Origin: Candidatus Latescibacterota bacterium
Lineage (GTDB): Bacteria; Latescibacterota; UBA2968; UBA8231
Direction of reading: 5' to 3'
DNA: 64,000 nt
Assembly: GCA_965206595.1 (NCBI GenBank)
Contig: OZ242214.1
Coordinates: 5,600,001 to 5,664,000, forward strand
Part shown: piece after piece, positions 1 to 12,537 of the stretch
Layout: each line of letters opens with the position of its first letter
Position numbering within the stretch: the stretch's first letter is position 1
Position numbers and translations under genes: made by a program
The notes under the pieces: generated by a model
Databases searched by the model: none
What the model saw: the letters and a program-made list of their open reading frames with translations, nothing else
Told to the model about the DNA's origin: nothing

Positions 1-59
1 TCCTCCACGACTGGTGGAAGAAGAACGGCGACGACTTCCGCAAGGCCATCGGAAGCTGA
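1..59 (+). CDS. 3' end of a gene entering the window (…LHDWWKKNGDDFRKAIGS*), product unknown
   Basis: Open frame 3-59 with GC3-rich codons ending in TGA, followed by a hairpin. Confidence 0.55.
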   Translation, partial: LHDWWKKNGDDFRKAIGS

Positions 60-71
60 GCATCATTCCAT

Positions 72-113
72 CGCACCGGGGCGGCTTCTGAAGTGGGGGC
101 CGCCCCCGGTGCG
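72..113. terminator. GC-rich hairpin between convergent genes
   Basis: CGCACCGGGGCGGC ... GCCGCCCCCGGTGCG inverted repeat with one bulge; no clear U-tract. Confidence 0.55.
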
Positions 114-153
114 TTCCCCGGAGATCCCGGCAGGTCTCCAACCCTGCGGCGCC

Positions 154-825
154 TCAGTCCAGCAGCTCGATTTTCCCCGAGGCGCCGTCTCTCAGCACGC
201 AGAGCAGCAGCTCCCCCGAGCCGACCACGATTTCCACCGGGTTGGCGACCACCTCGTTCGAGATGCCGCCGCGTTTTCCGGGAACCAGGTCCTCCCCCTG
301 CAGCGGCCACTTCAGCCCGGAGGTCGAGACTAGATTGGCCGGGCCGTCGAGCGGGCACAGCGAAATCTTCTGGCCCGCGCGCGCCCGGAAACGGATGCGC
401 GATCCGACCCTTCGCAGTTCGCAGTGCTCGTCGACGAAACGCAGGTCCATCGTTGCTCCATACCGCTTGAGCAGACTGAGGTTCCAGAGCGTGTGATCGG
501 TGCGGCGGCCGGTGAACCCGAGCAGCGCCGCGGCCTTCACGCCCAGGGCCCGGGCATGCTCGAGCACTTTCTGCAGGTCCGTAGTCTCCTGCTCGGCGAT
601 GGCGATAACCCGCTCGCCGGGGAGCGCCGCCCGCGCTGCCGGGCTCACCGAATCGAGGTCCCCCACCAGGAAATCCGGCTCGAAGCCGGCTTCAACGGCG
701 GCGTCGGCGCCGCTGTCCGCGCACAGCAGCAGCGGCCGCGGCCGCCTGTCCATCTCCGCCTCGACTAGCGCCCGCGAAGGGGGTTCTCCCCCTCCGACGA
801 TGACGGCGTGGGCTGCCTCAGTCAT
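154..825 (-). CDS. thiN: thiamine diphosphokinase
   Basis: Motifs LCADSGAD, LVGDLDS, EQETTDLQK, GRRTDHTLWN, GLKWPL, GISNE; start taken at MTEAAH; downstream of a TPP riboswitch. Confidence 0.92.
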   Translation of the reverse strand: MTEAAHAVIVGGGEPPSRALVEAEMDRRPRPLLLCADSGADAAVEAGFEPDFLVGDLDSVSPAARAALPGERVIAIAEQETTDLQKVLEHARALGVKAAALLGFTGRRTDHTLWNLSLLKRYGATMDLRFVDEHCELRRVGSRIRFRARAGQKISLCPLDGPANLVSTSGLKWPLQGEDLVPGKRGGISNEVVANPVEIVVGSGELLLCVLRDGASGKIELLD

Positions 826-1038
826 GGGCTTCGCCCCCGGCCGGGGGAAAGCACTGGTCCCGTCTCTGGATCCCGGCGCGGATTCGCGGCCTGCCGTTCT
901 TCGCAACAGCTGCTTGGGCGCTTGCGGCCCCTCTGGAGAGGAGCCTGCCGAAGCTGTCTCTCGTCGTGGGGCGTATCCCACCGCTGCCGGCTGGCCGCGG
1001 GCCGGCTGGCGTCGTGACGACGCCAGAATCCCTTCGAT

Positions 1039-3408
1039 TTATTGGAGGACACTCGTCTTCAGGGTGACACCGAACTGCACCGGGTCGCCGTAGCTGAGGT
1101 AGAGGGTGTCTTCGTAGTCGGGCGGTTCCAGGCCGAAATTGAAGCCGCGCACCGCGTAGCGCTGATCGAGCAGGTTTCGCCCCCACAGGAGGAGGCTCCA
1201 GGATCCAGCCGCGTACTCGAGGCTGCCGTTGAGGAGCTGGTACGGCTCCGACTTCTGCTCATGGCTGTCGGAAAAGTAGAACTCGCTCATCGCCGACAGC
1301 TCGAGCCGTCCCCTCAGACCGGTGCGGTGGCGGTAGTCGCCGCCGATGCGCCAGGTCCGCGTCGGGGCGTGGGCGGCGGCCCGGTCCCCCAGCGTCACCT
1401 CCCCGTCTTCTGTGGGGAAAGCGTACTCGTCGACGTGGGTGACGAGCAGGCCCAGGGAGCCGCTCAGACGCAGGGACGGCGTCACCCGGAGGTTGTGCTC
1501 CAGCTCAAGGCCGCTGTTGCGCCCGGAGACGGCGTTGGCCGTGAAATAGAAGAAGCTGTTGGGGTCTCCCGGATCCTGCTGGCTCGACAGCTCGACCTGC
1601 TGGTCGGAACGCAGGGTATTGAAAAGGGTCAGGGCCGTGGTCGCGCGCCTCCCCGAGGAGCGGTACCCCAACTCCCAGTTGAGCACGTACTCCGGACCGA
1701 AGAGGCGGCTCGAGGCGGCCAGCCGCGGGTGCTGGTTGACCCCGCCGGCGCGGAACCCCCGCGAGACCGCGGCGTACAGGTTCCGCTTCGGCGCCAGAGT
1801 GTACGTCAGCGCCAGCTTGCCCCCGGGCAGCCACTGGGTGACCTCGAACTCCACCTGCTCGTCCCCGGAGTTGGTAGTTCCCTCGTAGGCGGTGGCGTTG
1901 CGGTCGACGCGGGCGTTGAGCGTCAGCCGCCAGCCGCGGGAAAGCTCGCGGACGTACTGGCTGTAGAAGGCGAGGTCGGCGATGTCGAAACGGCTCTGCA
2001 GGTCGGTGGCCTCGCCGCCGAACAGGTAGCCTCCGGCATCGTCGTTCTCCCGCAGGGACTTCAGGTAGGCGCCGGCGACCACGTCGCCGCTTCCGCCGCG
2101 GTCTTCCTTCAGCAGCCTGACCTCCTGCGTGAAGGTGGTCCGGTCCCGGAGGTTGCGGTCGAAGAAGTCGTAGCTCCATCCCTGCTCGTCCGGGTCAAAG
2201 CCGTACGGCTCCTGCTTCCAGAACTCGTCGTTGCCCCAGTCGCCGTCGTAGCTGTGTTCGAGCTCGGTGCGCCCCCAGGAGGTGATCGAGACCAGCTCGG
2301 CGCCGGCGCCCGCCATCGGCAGGCGGCCACGCAGGGAAGCGGCGTTTGTCGTCTGGCTGTCCACGCCCGGATTGTCGGAGTAGGTGACGAGGTCTTCGTT
2401 GTTGTCGGGCACCCAGGCGTCGTAGCCGTTGTCGAGGTCGGCGCGAAAAACCGTGGCGACGAGCGTCGCACCGGCGTCGTTCTCGTAGCGCAGCTTCGCC
2501 CGCAACAGGGTTTCGCGGCGCCGGTTCGAGTCGTCGATTCCGAGGTGCCGGTTCTCCCGGAAGCCGTTCGACCGCCCCCAGCTGCCCCCGACCCGCAGGG
2601 CCATCTCTTTCCCTGCCGGAAGGTTGAGGGTCGGGGCGAAGCGCAGCAGGCCGTCGCTGCCGGCCGAGACGGCTCCCCCCAGGCTCATGGACCGGGTGGG
2701 ATCCGCAGACTTGAGGTTGATCAGGCCGGCCATCGCGTTCGGCCCGAAGATAGTCGACTGGGGCCCCTTGAAGACCTCGGCCTGATCGAGGTCGTGCAGC
2801 ATCCCGGCCATGCCGAGGCCGCTCAGGTCGACGTCGTCCATCACGAAGCCGACCGAAAAGCTCGGCGGCCCTTCTCCGGCGTAGTGGCTGCGCTCGCCGA
2901 TGCCGCGAATCTGGAAATAGCGCGGGCGCGAGGTTCCACCCGCCCAGTTGAGATTGGGAACCGCGGGAATCAGCTCGTGCAGGTGGGCGCCTCCGGCAGC
3001 GTCGATGCGCCCCCGGTCGAGCACGGTCACCGCCGAGGGGATCTCCCCGAGCGCCTGTTCGGTGAGCCCGCCGGTGACGACCGTTTCCGCTACGGGCAGG
3101 GCCACCGGGAGCAGCCGTACGGTGATCGGCCTTGGGGCTCCCGGCAGCGCGCGAACGACCCCCGGCTCGTACCCGACGTGGCTGACCGCGGCCGAGTCCC
3201 CCGCTGCCAGCGGCAGCTCGAAGCGTCCGTCTGCGTCCGTGGCGACAGCGAGGTTTTTCGTAGTGAGGTTGGCGCCCGCCAGGGGTTGGCCGGTCGTCGC
3301 GTCTACGACCGTGCCTCGCACCGTTTCAGGAGCAGTGTAAGCGGTGGACGCCGCGATCAGGAGGGCGATCAAGGCCGGAAGGGCGGGGAACGGACTCGAG
3401 TGGCGCAT
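1039..3408 (-). CDS. TonB-dependent receptor, probable thiamine uptake
   Basis: Signal peptide, N-terminal carboxypeptidase-regulatory-like domain, plug motifs (IRGIG, EVFKGPQSTIFG), C-terminal NLLD...GVTL; directly after a TPP riboswitch. Confidence 0.9.
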   Translation of the reverse strand: MRHSSPFPALPALIALLIAASTAYTAPETVRGTVVDATTGQPLAGANLTTKNLAVATDADGRFELPLAAGDSAAVSHVGYEPGVVRALPGAPRPITVRLLPVALPVAETVVTGGLTEQALGEIPSAVTVLDRGRIDAAGGAHLHELIPAVPNLNWAGGTSRPRYFQIRGIGERSHYAGEGPPSFSVGFVMDDVDLSGLGMAGMLHDLDQAEVFKGPQSTIFGPNAMAGLINLKSADPTRSMSLGGAVSAGSDGLLRFAPTLNLPAGKEMALRVGGSWGRSNGFRENRHLGIDDSNRRRETLLRAKLRYENDAGATLVATVFRADLDNGYDAWVPDNNEDLVTYSDNPGVDSQTTNAASLRGRLPMAGAGAELVSITSWGRTELEHSYDGDWGNDEFWKQEPYGFDPDEQGWSYDFFDRNLRDRTTFTQEVRLLKEDRGGSGDVVAGAYLKSLRENDDAGGYLFGGEATDLQSRFDIADLAFYSQYVRELSRGWRLTLNARVDRNATAYEGTTNSGDEQVEFEVTQWLPGGKLALTYTLAPKRNLYAAVSRGFRAGGVNQHPRLAASSRLFGPEYVLNWELGYRSSGRRATTALTLFNTLRSDQQVELSSQQDPGDPNSFFYFTANAVSGRNSGLELEHNLRVTPSLRLSGSLGLLVTHVDEYAFPTEDGEVTLGDRAAAHAPTRTWRIGGDYRHRTGLRGRLELSAMSEFYFSDSHEQKSEPYQLLNGSLEYAAGSWSLLLWGRNLLDQRYAVRGFNFGLEPPDYEDTLYLSYGDPVQFGVTLKTSVLQ

Positions 3409-3409
3409 A

Positions 3410-3455
3410 CTGAAAAAGCCGCTTTCTCCAGGTACGGGGAAAACGGCTTTTTCAG
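3410..3455 (-). promoter_or_regulatory. riboswitch expression-platform hairpin (terminator or RBS sequestrator)
   Basis: CTGAAAAAGCCG / CGGCTTTTTCAG 12-bp inverted repeat ending just before the ATG at 3408 and enclosing GGAG. Confidence 0.7.
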
Positions 3456-3462
3456 GTGCTCG

Positions 3463-3545
3463 TCCGTTTTCCCTACGCTGGCATGATCCAGGTCAGGTTC
3501 GAAGGGTTCTGATCTCAGGCCGGATGATCGGCCGCCCCCAACGGA
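3463..3545 (-). ncRNA. TPP riboswitch (THI element)
   Basis: Minus strand GGGGGCGGCC...CTGAGA..ACCCTTCGAACCTGACCTGGATCATGCCAGCGTAGGGA with P1 TCCGTT/AACGGA; matches the TPP consensus. Confidence 0.95.
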
Positions 3546-3741
3546 TGTTACGATGTTTCCCAAGGTAGACGACGGGGCAGGCGCGGGCAATGGGAGGTAT
3601 TTTCGAGTATGAGGGAGGCATAGAAATGACATCCACCCCCCGGACTGTCTGTCCGTTAACGGCCATGAGCAAGTTGAGATGGGGAGTATGACGGAACCCG
3701 AGGAGTCCCGTCGCAACCAGCCCTCAACGAGGAGCATGTGA

Positions 3742-4917
3742 ATGAAGATCACCGACGTGCGCACGCTCTGCCTCAGCCGCAAGCACGAACCCGACCACAT
3801 CTGGTTCAGCAGCGAGTTCCGCGTCTTCAAGGCGGACTGCCCTGTCGTCGTCATCGAAACCGACGCCGGCATCCAGGGTATCAGCGAACCATCGACCTAC
3901 GGGTATCCGCCGGCCCTGAGGGAGCGCGCCGAAGCGTTGAAATACAAGCTGATCGGCGAGGACCCGGAGGATCCGGCGCTGGTCCCGGAGAACACCGGGG
4001 ACCGCCTGGGCGACATCTTCAACGCCGGCATCGAGCTGGCGCTGTGGGACCTTCGCGGCAAGATCGCCGGCAGGCGGGTGGCCGACCTCATCCTCGACGA
4101 GCTTCCCGGCTCGCCGCCGCATCCGCGCGCGCGGATGCGGCTCTACGCCTCGGCCGGGGTCCAGTACGACTGGGACGACAACCCGGAGTCGGTGATCGAC
4201 GAAGCGGTCTCCCTCGCCGACCGCGGCTACACCGCCTACAAGATGCGGCTGGGCACGGCGTGGAGCTGGTCGGGGGTGACGGTCGAACGCTTTCTCGAGC
4301 TGGCCCAGGCCGTCACCGACGCGGTCGGCAGCCGCATGGAGCTGATGCTGGAGGGGAACTCCCGCCTCGACGAGGAGCAGGCGCTGCAGACAGGGCGCTG
4401 GCTCGACGAGCGCGGGTGGACCTGGTTCGAGGAGCCGCTGCCCAAGGAGGAGGTCGACGGGTACGCGCGGTTGAACCGGGCGCTCTCGATCCCGATCACC
4501 GGAGGGGAATCGAACAGCCGGCTGGCGGATTTTGAGCCTTTCTTCCAGAAGGGGGCCTATGCAAAGGGGCAACTCGACGTCGGGGTCTGCACCCTCAGGG
4601 AGGCTTTGCGCATCTGCCGCAGGGGTGGCGAATACGGAATCCCCGTTTTCACGCAGAACTGGCACAACGGCTTGCTGACGGTGGCCAACGCCCACCTGCT
4701 CGCCGCTCTTCCCGAGGAGCACGTGCTCGAGCAGTTCGTCGGGCAGGGTCCGCTGCAGTGGGGGATCATCGAGGGGGATCCGGTAGCGGACGGCTGGTTC
4801 ACCCTGCCGTCGGGCCCGGGTTGGGGCGTGGAGCTGGCCGCGGACCTCGAGGCGAAGTTTCCGTGGATTCCCGGCCGCTGGGGAGAGCATGAAGAGCGTC
4901 CGGCGAGTCGGGGCTGA
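3742..4917 (+). CDS. mandelate racemase/muconate lactonizing enzyme (enolase superfamily) protein
   Basis: MKITDVRT, IETDAGIQG, ALWDLRGK, AYKMR, WFEEP, TGGES, PGWGVE; GGAG RBS. Confidence 0.88.
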   Translation: MKITDVRTLCLSRKHEPDHIWFSSEFRVFKADCPVVVIETDAGIQGISEPSTYGYPPALRERAEALKYKLIGEDPEDPALVPENTGDRLGDIFNAGIELALWDLRGKIAGRRVADLILDELPGSPPHPRARMRLYASAGVQYDWDDNPESVIDEAVSLADRGYTAYKMRLGTAWSWSGVTVERFLELAQAVTDAVGSRMELMLEGNSRLDEEQALQTGRWLDERGWTWFEEPLPKEEVDGYARLNRALSIPITGGESNSRLADFEPFFQKGAYAKGQLDVGVCTLREALRICRRGGEYGIPVFTQNWHNGLLTVANAHLLAALPEEHVLEQFVGQGPLQWGIIEGDPVADGWFTLPSGPGWGVELAADLEAKFPWIPGRWGEHEERPASRG

Positions 4918-5100
4918 AGCAGAAATGCCGGCGACTCCGGGGTTCCGCCGGAATTGGGGGCAGCCGCTGGTTCCGGTTTCCGGCAGCTTGCGGGTACGGC
5001 GCAGGCAGCGAAGACCGGGTCGAGGTGCGCGGCTGTCGGGCCGCAGCGGTCCGACAATCAAAAACCATTCGACAAGGAGCACTTCCGAAAGGTCCCGATC

Positions 5101-7890
<2,790 letters not shown>

Positions 7891-8088
7891 GTCTCGCTCG
7901 TTGCGCTGCCCGCGGGATCGCCATTCAGCGCGTCATTTTCCCGATCACCGACTGAAGTCGGCCTTGATGCGCCCCCAAGTATCGGGTGTCAGTATCTTGC
8001 CGGCGCCGCAGTCGCCGAAGAGATGGTCGATCCAGCGCACTAGACGCCAGATTCCGTCGTCGCCCTCGGAGGCCTCGGGGCGGACCCG

Positions 8089-9103
8089 TCACAAACCCGC
8101 TGCCGGGTCGACGACCTGAACCCACCAGGGAACCCCTCCGGTTTCATACCACCGCACCGGCTCGAGGGTTCCTGTATTCCCGTCGATGAGGTACTGCGCC
8201 AGCCGGTCGGCGCTCTCTCCCGCGGCGTACAGGAAGCGCCCGCCCGGCTCGATGTCGAAGGAGCGGGGCGTCTCCGGCGTCGCCGCGTGCCCGCGCGGCG
8301 CCAGCTCCCCCGTGGTTTCCGAGATCGAGAAGCAGGCGATGCTGTCGTGGCCCCTGTTGGCGGCGTAGAGGAAGCGGCCTCCGGGATGGATCAGCATGCG
8401 GGCGGTGGCGCCGCCGCTGAAACCGGGGGGCAGCGTGGTCGTCGTCCGCAGCGGACCCAGGGTGCCGCTGGCTTCGTCGAAGCGGTACTGGGTGACGCTG
8501 TTGCCCTGCTCGTTGCCGGCGTAGAAGCCAGCGCCCGTTGGGGTGGAAGTGCACGTGCCGCGGCCCCAGTTGCGCCCCTGCCGTCACCTTGGCAGGGGCG
8601 TTCGTCTCGAGCATCCCGCCGGCGAACCGCAGCTGGAAGATCGCGTTGGCCGGGCAGGTATGGGGGACGAAGAGGAACCGGTTCCCCGGATCGAGCGCCA
8701 GGCCGTGGGCATGCAGGTCGGTGTCGACGACCCATGAGAGGGGTTCGCGCGCGGCCCCGTCCTCGCCGACCGGGTAGACGGTGACCTTTCCCGAGACGTA
8801 GTAGGGGGTCAGGAGCCAGCGCCCGCCGCGGTCGGTCAGCAGGTAACCTGGGTCCTCGAGGCCGGTGTCGATGGTGTGGAGATGGGCGAGCCGGCCGCTG
8901 GCCGCGTCGATGCGGAAGCTGAGCAGTCGCCCGTTCGAGCGCATGGCCGCGTACAGGACCGGAAGGCGGCAGTGACGCCCCTGGACGCTCGGCGCCCCGG
9001 GGACCGGCTCGTTGCGCAGGTGCTCGAGGTCCCCGGTTTCGCGGTCGACGCGATAGCAGGCGAGCTTCTCCTCACCGGCGAGGGAGAGGTAGAGGAAGCT
9101 CAT
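8089..9103 (-). pseudogene. 6-phosphogluconolactonase-like beta-propeller (lactonase family), frameshifted near 8527
   Basis: GPRHVHFHPNGRW in one frame continues as FYAGNEQG...FLYAANRGHDSIA...TPRSF in the adjacent frame; may be a sequencing indel. Confidence 0.8.
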
Positions 9104-9112
9104 CGCCGGCCT

Positions 9113-9919
9113 TCAGCTCCGCTGCGGAGGACGGTGCGGCACCAGGGGCTGCAAGATCTCGCGCCGCTCCGGGGTCAGCCGCTGCAGCAGCTCCGGCGAC
9201 GGCTCGTACCCGAAGCGGTGGCGGTACATGTCCGGCAGGTAGCGGAACACCAGTGACCGGCGCCGGCCCTCGTTGCTGCGCGCCGCCGACCCGTGAATCA
9301 GCATGTCGTTGATCAGCAGCGCATCCCCGGCCTCGAGATGCATTTCCGCGGTGCCCTTGATCTCCTCTCCCGGGACGGGGGTGATGCTGGTCCCCGAGGA
9401 CTGCTGCGGGTGCTGGAACGCCGACTTGTGGCTTCCGGGTATGAGCACGGTGGCCCCGTCCCCGGTCCCGATGTCGTCGAGGGCGGCGATCAGGGTCAGG
9501 TACTGGATGCACCACCTGCCGCCGTCGACGCCGCTGCGCACGCGCCCGTCCCCGAGCTTCCAGCCCCCCGAGTGCACCCCGATATAACCCCCTTTTCCGC
9601 GCAGGTTGAGGAAACACTCGTGGATGAAGGGGCCCCAGGATTCTCCGAGGTAGTGGCGCACCAGGCCGATCCAGGCCGGGTGGTCGATCAGGCGTTCGAA
9701 AGGCTCTCCCGCCTCGATGATGTTCTGCAGGTTGAAGCCATCGATGCTGCCGTAGGTGTGGGCTTCCATGTTGCCGAGCCACTCGCAATTCTCCAGCTCC
9801 GGCAGGCCGTCCGCCCAGTCGTTTAGCTCCTTCAGGTGATCGGCGTCGAGCGCCTTGGGCAGGATGCAGTACCCTCGCAGGTCGAAGAAGAACTCCTCCA
9901 TCTGGGTGGGGGCGGGCAT
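9113..9919 (-). CDS. PhyH-family Fe(II)/2-oxoglutarate oxygenase with HSG in place of HxD
   Basis: FDLRGY, LIDHP, VHSGG, IPGSHK, AGDALL..IHG, RRS; GGAG RBS before MPAPT. Confidence 0.85.
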   Translation of the reverse strand: MPAPTQMEEFFFDLRGYCILPKALDADHLKELNDWADGLPELENCEWLGNMEAHTYGSIDGFNLQNIIEAGEPFERLIDHPAWIGLVRHYLGESWGPFIHECFLNLRGKGGYIGVHSGGWKLGDGRVRSGVDGGRWCIQYLTLIAALDDIGTGDGATVLIPGSHKSAFQHPQQSSGTSITPVPGEEIKGTAEMHLEAGDALLINDMLIHGSAARSNEGRRRSLVFRYLPDMYRHRFGYEPSPELLQRLTPERREILQPLVPHRPPQRS

Positions 9920-9960
9920 GATGTCGATCTCCTGGGCGGGGGAGCGGTGTCCGGTCGGCA

Positions 9961-10821
9961 CTACAGCGCCGCGCGGTTCCGCGATCGCGCGTCCCTGACC
10001 AGCGTGCCGCTGTGCAGCACCCCGCGCATGCAGCGGTCCCGCCAGTGGGCGGAGGCGTCCACCAGCTTCTCGCGGGTGTCGATCTCCGTGATCAGCACCG
10101 CGGGCCGGTGCCCACGCGCCTTGTTGACGATCATGCCTTCGGCGTTGACGACGAAGCTCGGCCAGGCGTAGCCGCGGGTGCCGTTGTTGGCGCTGACCGG
10201 GAAGTAGTTGCTCGCCGCGGCGGCCTGGAGGGTCGCGGGAACGCTGACCTTGTACTTCTCGCAGGCTTCCTGCGTCATGCCGGCATTGTGGAAGGAGACC
10301 AGCATCAGGTCGACCCCTTTCCGCTTGTACTCGCGAAAGAGCTCGGGATAGCGGAAATCGTGGCAGATCAGCAGTCCGCAGGTGAGGCCGCGCATCTGGA
10401 AGGTGACCAGCGACTCCCCGGGGCTGTAGTGGGCGAGGTCCCCTTCCTTGGCGCTGCCGCCGGTGCAGAACATCTTGTCGTAGCGCGTGACGAGGCGGCC
10501 GCGGCTGTCGATGACGTAGAGGGAGTTGTGCGGCTTGTGCCTGCCCGTGAGGCGGTGATTGCAGCCGATGACGACCCAGACGTGGTGGCGCCTCGCCGCG
10601 GCCATCACCTCCTGCATCGCCGCGGCGATGCGTTCCCAGTCGCCGCCATCATGGGAGTCGACCTCGACGCCGAGGTAGCCGGAGAGACAAGCCTCGGAGA
10701 AATGCACGAGTTGGGCCCCCCGGGCCCTGGCGGACTCGAGCTGGCTGAGGGCGGAGCGCAGATTCCGCTCGGGCTGCTTGTGGACGTGGAACTGGCAGGT
10801 CGCCAGGACTAGCTTTGCCAA
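9961..10821 (-). CDS. carbon-nitrogen hydrolase (nitrilase superfamily)
   Basis: E-K-C triad motifs FSEAC, RYDK, LICHDFRYPE; TTG start with GGAGG. Confidence 0.9.
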   Translation of the reverse strand: MAKLVLATCQFHVHKQPERNLRSALSQLESARARGAQLVHFSEACLSGYLGVEVDSHDGGDWERIAAAMQEVMAAARRHHVWVVIGCNHRLTGRHKPHNSLYVIDSRGRLVTRYDKMFCTGGSAKEGDLAHYSPGESLVTFQMRGLTCGLLICHDFRYPELFREYKRKGVDLMLVSFHNAGMTQEACEKYKVSVPATLQAAAASNYFPVSANNGTRGYAWPSFVVNAEGMIVNKARGHRPAVLITEIDTREKLVDASAHWRDRCMRGVLHSGTLVRDARSRNRAAL

Positions 10822-10851
10822 GGAAAGCCTCCTAAGGAATCGGATCCGATC

Positions 10852-12129
10852 TCAGTTGGTCTGCTCGACCTGCGGGGCCTCCGCGGGCCGCAGGTCGACG
10901 GCGACGATCTCGTTCTCGTCGCGCACGTAGAGCCTGCCGTCGGACAGGGAGGGAACCGTCCAGCAGCGCCCCTTCAGCAGCGCCACGTTGGCCTTCTCGA
11001 CGAAGCGCTCCGGGTTGGCCTCTGCAAGCCCCAGGTTCCCCTGCTCCCCGAGGAGGATGAGGTGGCCTGCGGCCAGGATCAGGGAGCCCTTTGCGTACCC
11101 GCGCGCCTGCCATTGCGTCGTTCCGTCCGCCGCGTCGATGCACTTCAGTATCGATTGGTCGAATCCGTACAGGTGCCCTTCGCGATATACGGAGGTGCCG
11201 AAATGGTTCTGCATTTCGCCGTTCCTCCAGATCTCCTCGACCCCCTCTCTGCCAACGCGCAGGACGGCCCCCTTGTCGCCGGAGGAGATGAAGATCCGGT
11301 CCGGAGGGATGAAGAGGGGGGTGGCGGCGCTGACGTCATAGCGGGTCTTCCAGGGAAAGCGCCACAGCTCCGTTCCCCTGTCCGGGGACAACCCGACCAG
11401 CGCATAGGCGTTGATGAAAGCGGCCTGCCGCATCCCGTCCACCGAGTAGGAGACCGGCGACGAGTAGCTCATCTTGTCGTCGAGGGCGGTCCAGACCGTC
11501 TGCCCCGTTCTCCGGTCGAGGGCGACCGCGGTGGCCGGTGCGGTGCGGTCGATCACCATGTCGACGAGAAAGCTGCCTTCGGCACCGCCGGCTTCGACCA
11601 GCAGCAGTTCCCCTTCGACGAGCGGTGAAGTGCTGAATCCCCACCTGGGGACCTGGCCGCCGAACTCGGCAACCAGGTCCTTCTTCCAGATCATCTCGCC
11701 GCTTTCGGTCATCAGCGCGAACAGTCCGCCCTCGGCCCCCAGGACGTAGACCACCTCCCCGTCGACGGTCGGAGTCGAGCGCGGGCCGTCGCCCCCCTGC
11801 TTCTCCTCGTAGTATTTCCCGGTGCGCACCCGCCACAGCTCCCGGCCGCTGGCCGCTTCAAGGCAGACGGCGTGCTCCCCCAGGGAGTCGGCGTACATCG
11901 TGAACAGGCGGCCGCCGGCCACGGACACCGCGGAGAAGCCGCGGCCGAAAGGTTTCCGCCAGATCACTTCCGGACCGGAGTCGGGCCATTCCAAAAGGAG
12001 CTTCTCTTCGCTGGAGGTGCCGTTGCGCATTGGGCCGAGCCACTGCGGCCACTCCGCCGCGGTCGCGGCGACGGCGCTGGTTAGAAGGACGGTCCAGAGG
12101 GCTGGAATCGCTGATTTGCTGGTGAACAA
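10852..12129 (-). CDS. secreted PQQ-like beta-propeller repeat protein
   Basis: Signal peptide, EWPQWLGP.RNG, repeated G..xW motifs, STPTV, YSSP, LYVRD. Confidence 0.85.
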   Translation of the reverse strand: MFTSKSAIPALWTVLLTSAVAATAAEWPQWLGPMRNGTSSEEKLLLEWPDSGPEVIWRKPFGRGFSAVSVAGGRLFTMYADSLGEHAVCLEAASGRELWRVRTGKYYEEKQGGDGPRSTPTVDGEVVYVLGAEGGLFALMTESGEMIWKKDLVAEFGGQVPRWGFSTSPLVEGELLLVEAGGAEGSFLVDMVIDRTAPATAVALDRRTGQTVWTALDDKMSYSSPVSYSVDGMRQAAFINAYALVGLSPDRGTELWRFPWKTRYDVSAATPLFIPPDRIFISSGDKGAVLRVGREGVEEIWRNGEMQNHFGTSVYREGHLYGFDQSILKCIDAADGTTQWQARGYAKGSLILAAGHLILLGEQGNLGLAEANPERFVEKANVALLKGRCWTVPSLSDGRLYVRDENEIVAVDLRPAEAPQVEQTN

Positions 12130-12537
12130 GGCGTTTCTCCGTTTCCGTGGGTTCGAACCGGGGGCGGCGTGCCGGGGAACGCCGCACGGATGGAATATAC
12201 GGGGATCGGGCTATATAGAGCCGGGTGACAGGGAGAAACGCGGGCCTGACAGCGCTGCTGAACTGGCTCTGCAGGCGAGGCCGAGTCATGGCGCCCCGGG
12301 GGCCGAAGGCCAGGGGCAGTTCAGGGCCTTCGAGCCCCAGCGCGACGACCTGTTCGGGACTGGGAGCGCCTCCATGCGGCCGCTCTACGCACAGAAACGG
12401 TTCGAGATCGGCAGCCATACCCTCGAAGCCAGCCCCGCGGTCGGTCTCAGGCTCGACCTCGAATAGCCCTGCCCGGCGGGTTCACCTGTATATTTTCCAG
12501 CCTCGCAAGTTCGCCCCAATCGCACGAGAGCAGGACG

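Noticed and set aside
822-1052. 76-aa ORF between the TBDR and thiN with an ATGA overlap
   Set aside because: No TM segments or motifs, so not PnuT; composition looks non-coding and the overlap may be chance
1042-3486. Long antisense or alternate-frame ORFs (e.g. 1042-3486, 3724-5934, 27209-29113, 32122-34044, 37455-39221)
   Set aside because: They are shadows of well-supported genes; stop codons are scarce at this GC and the translations are low-complexity Arg/Gly/Ala/Pro with no motifs
12130-12537. ORFs in the gap between the PQQ-propeller and desaturase genes
   Set aside because: No coherent protein features; treated as a divergent promoter region
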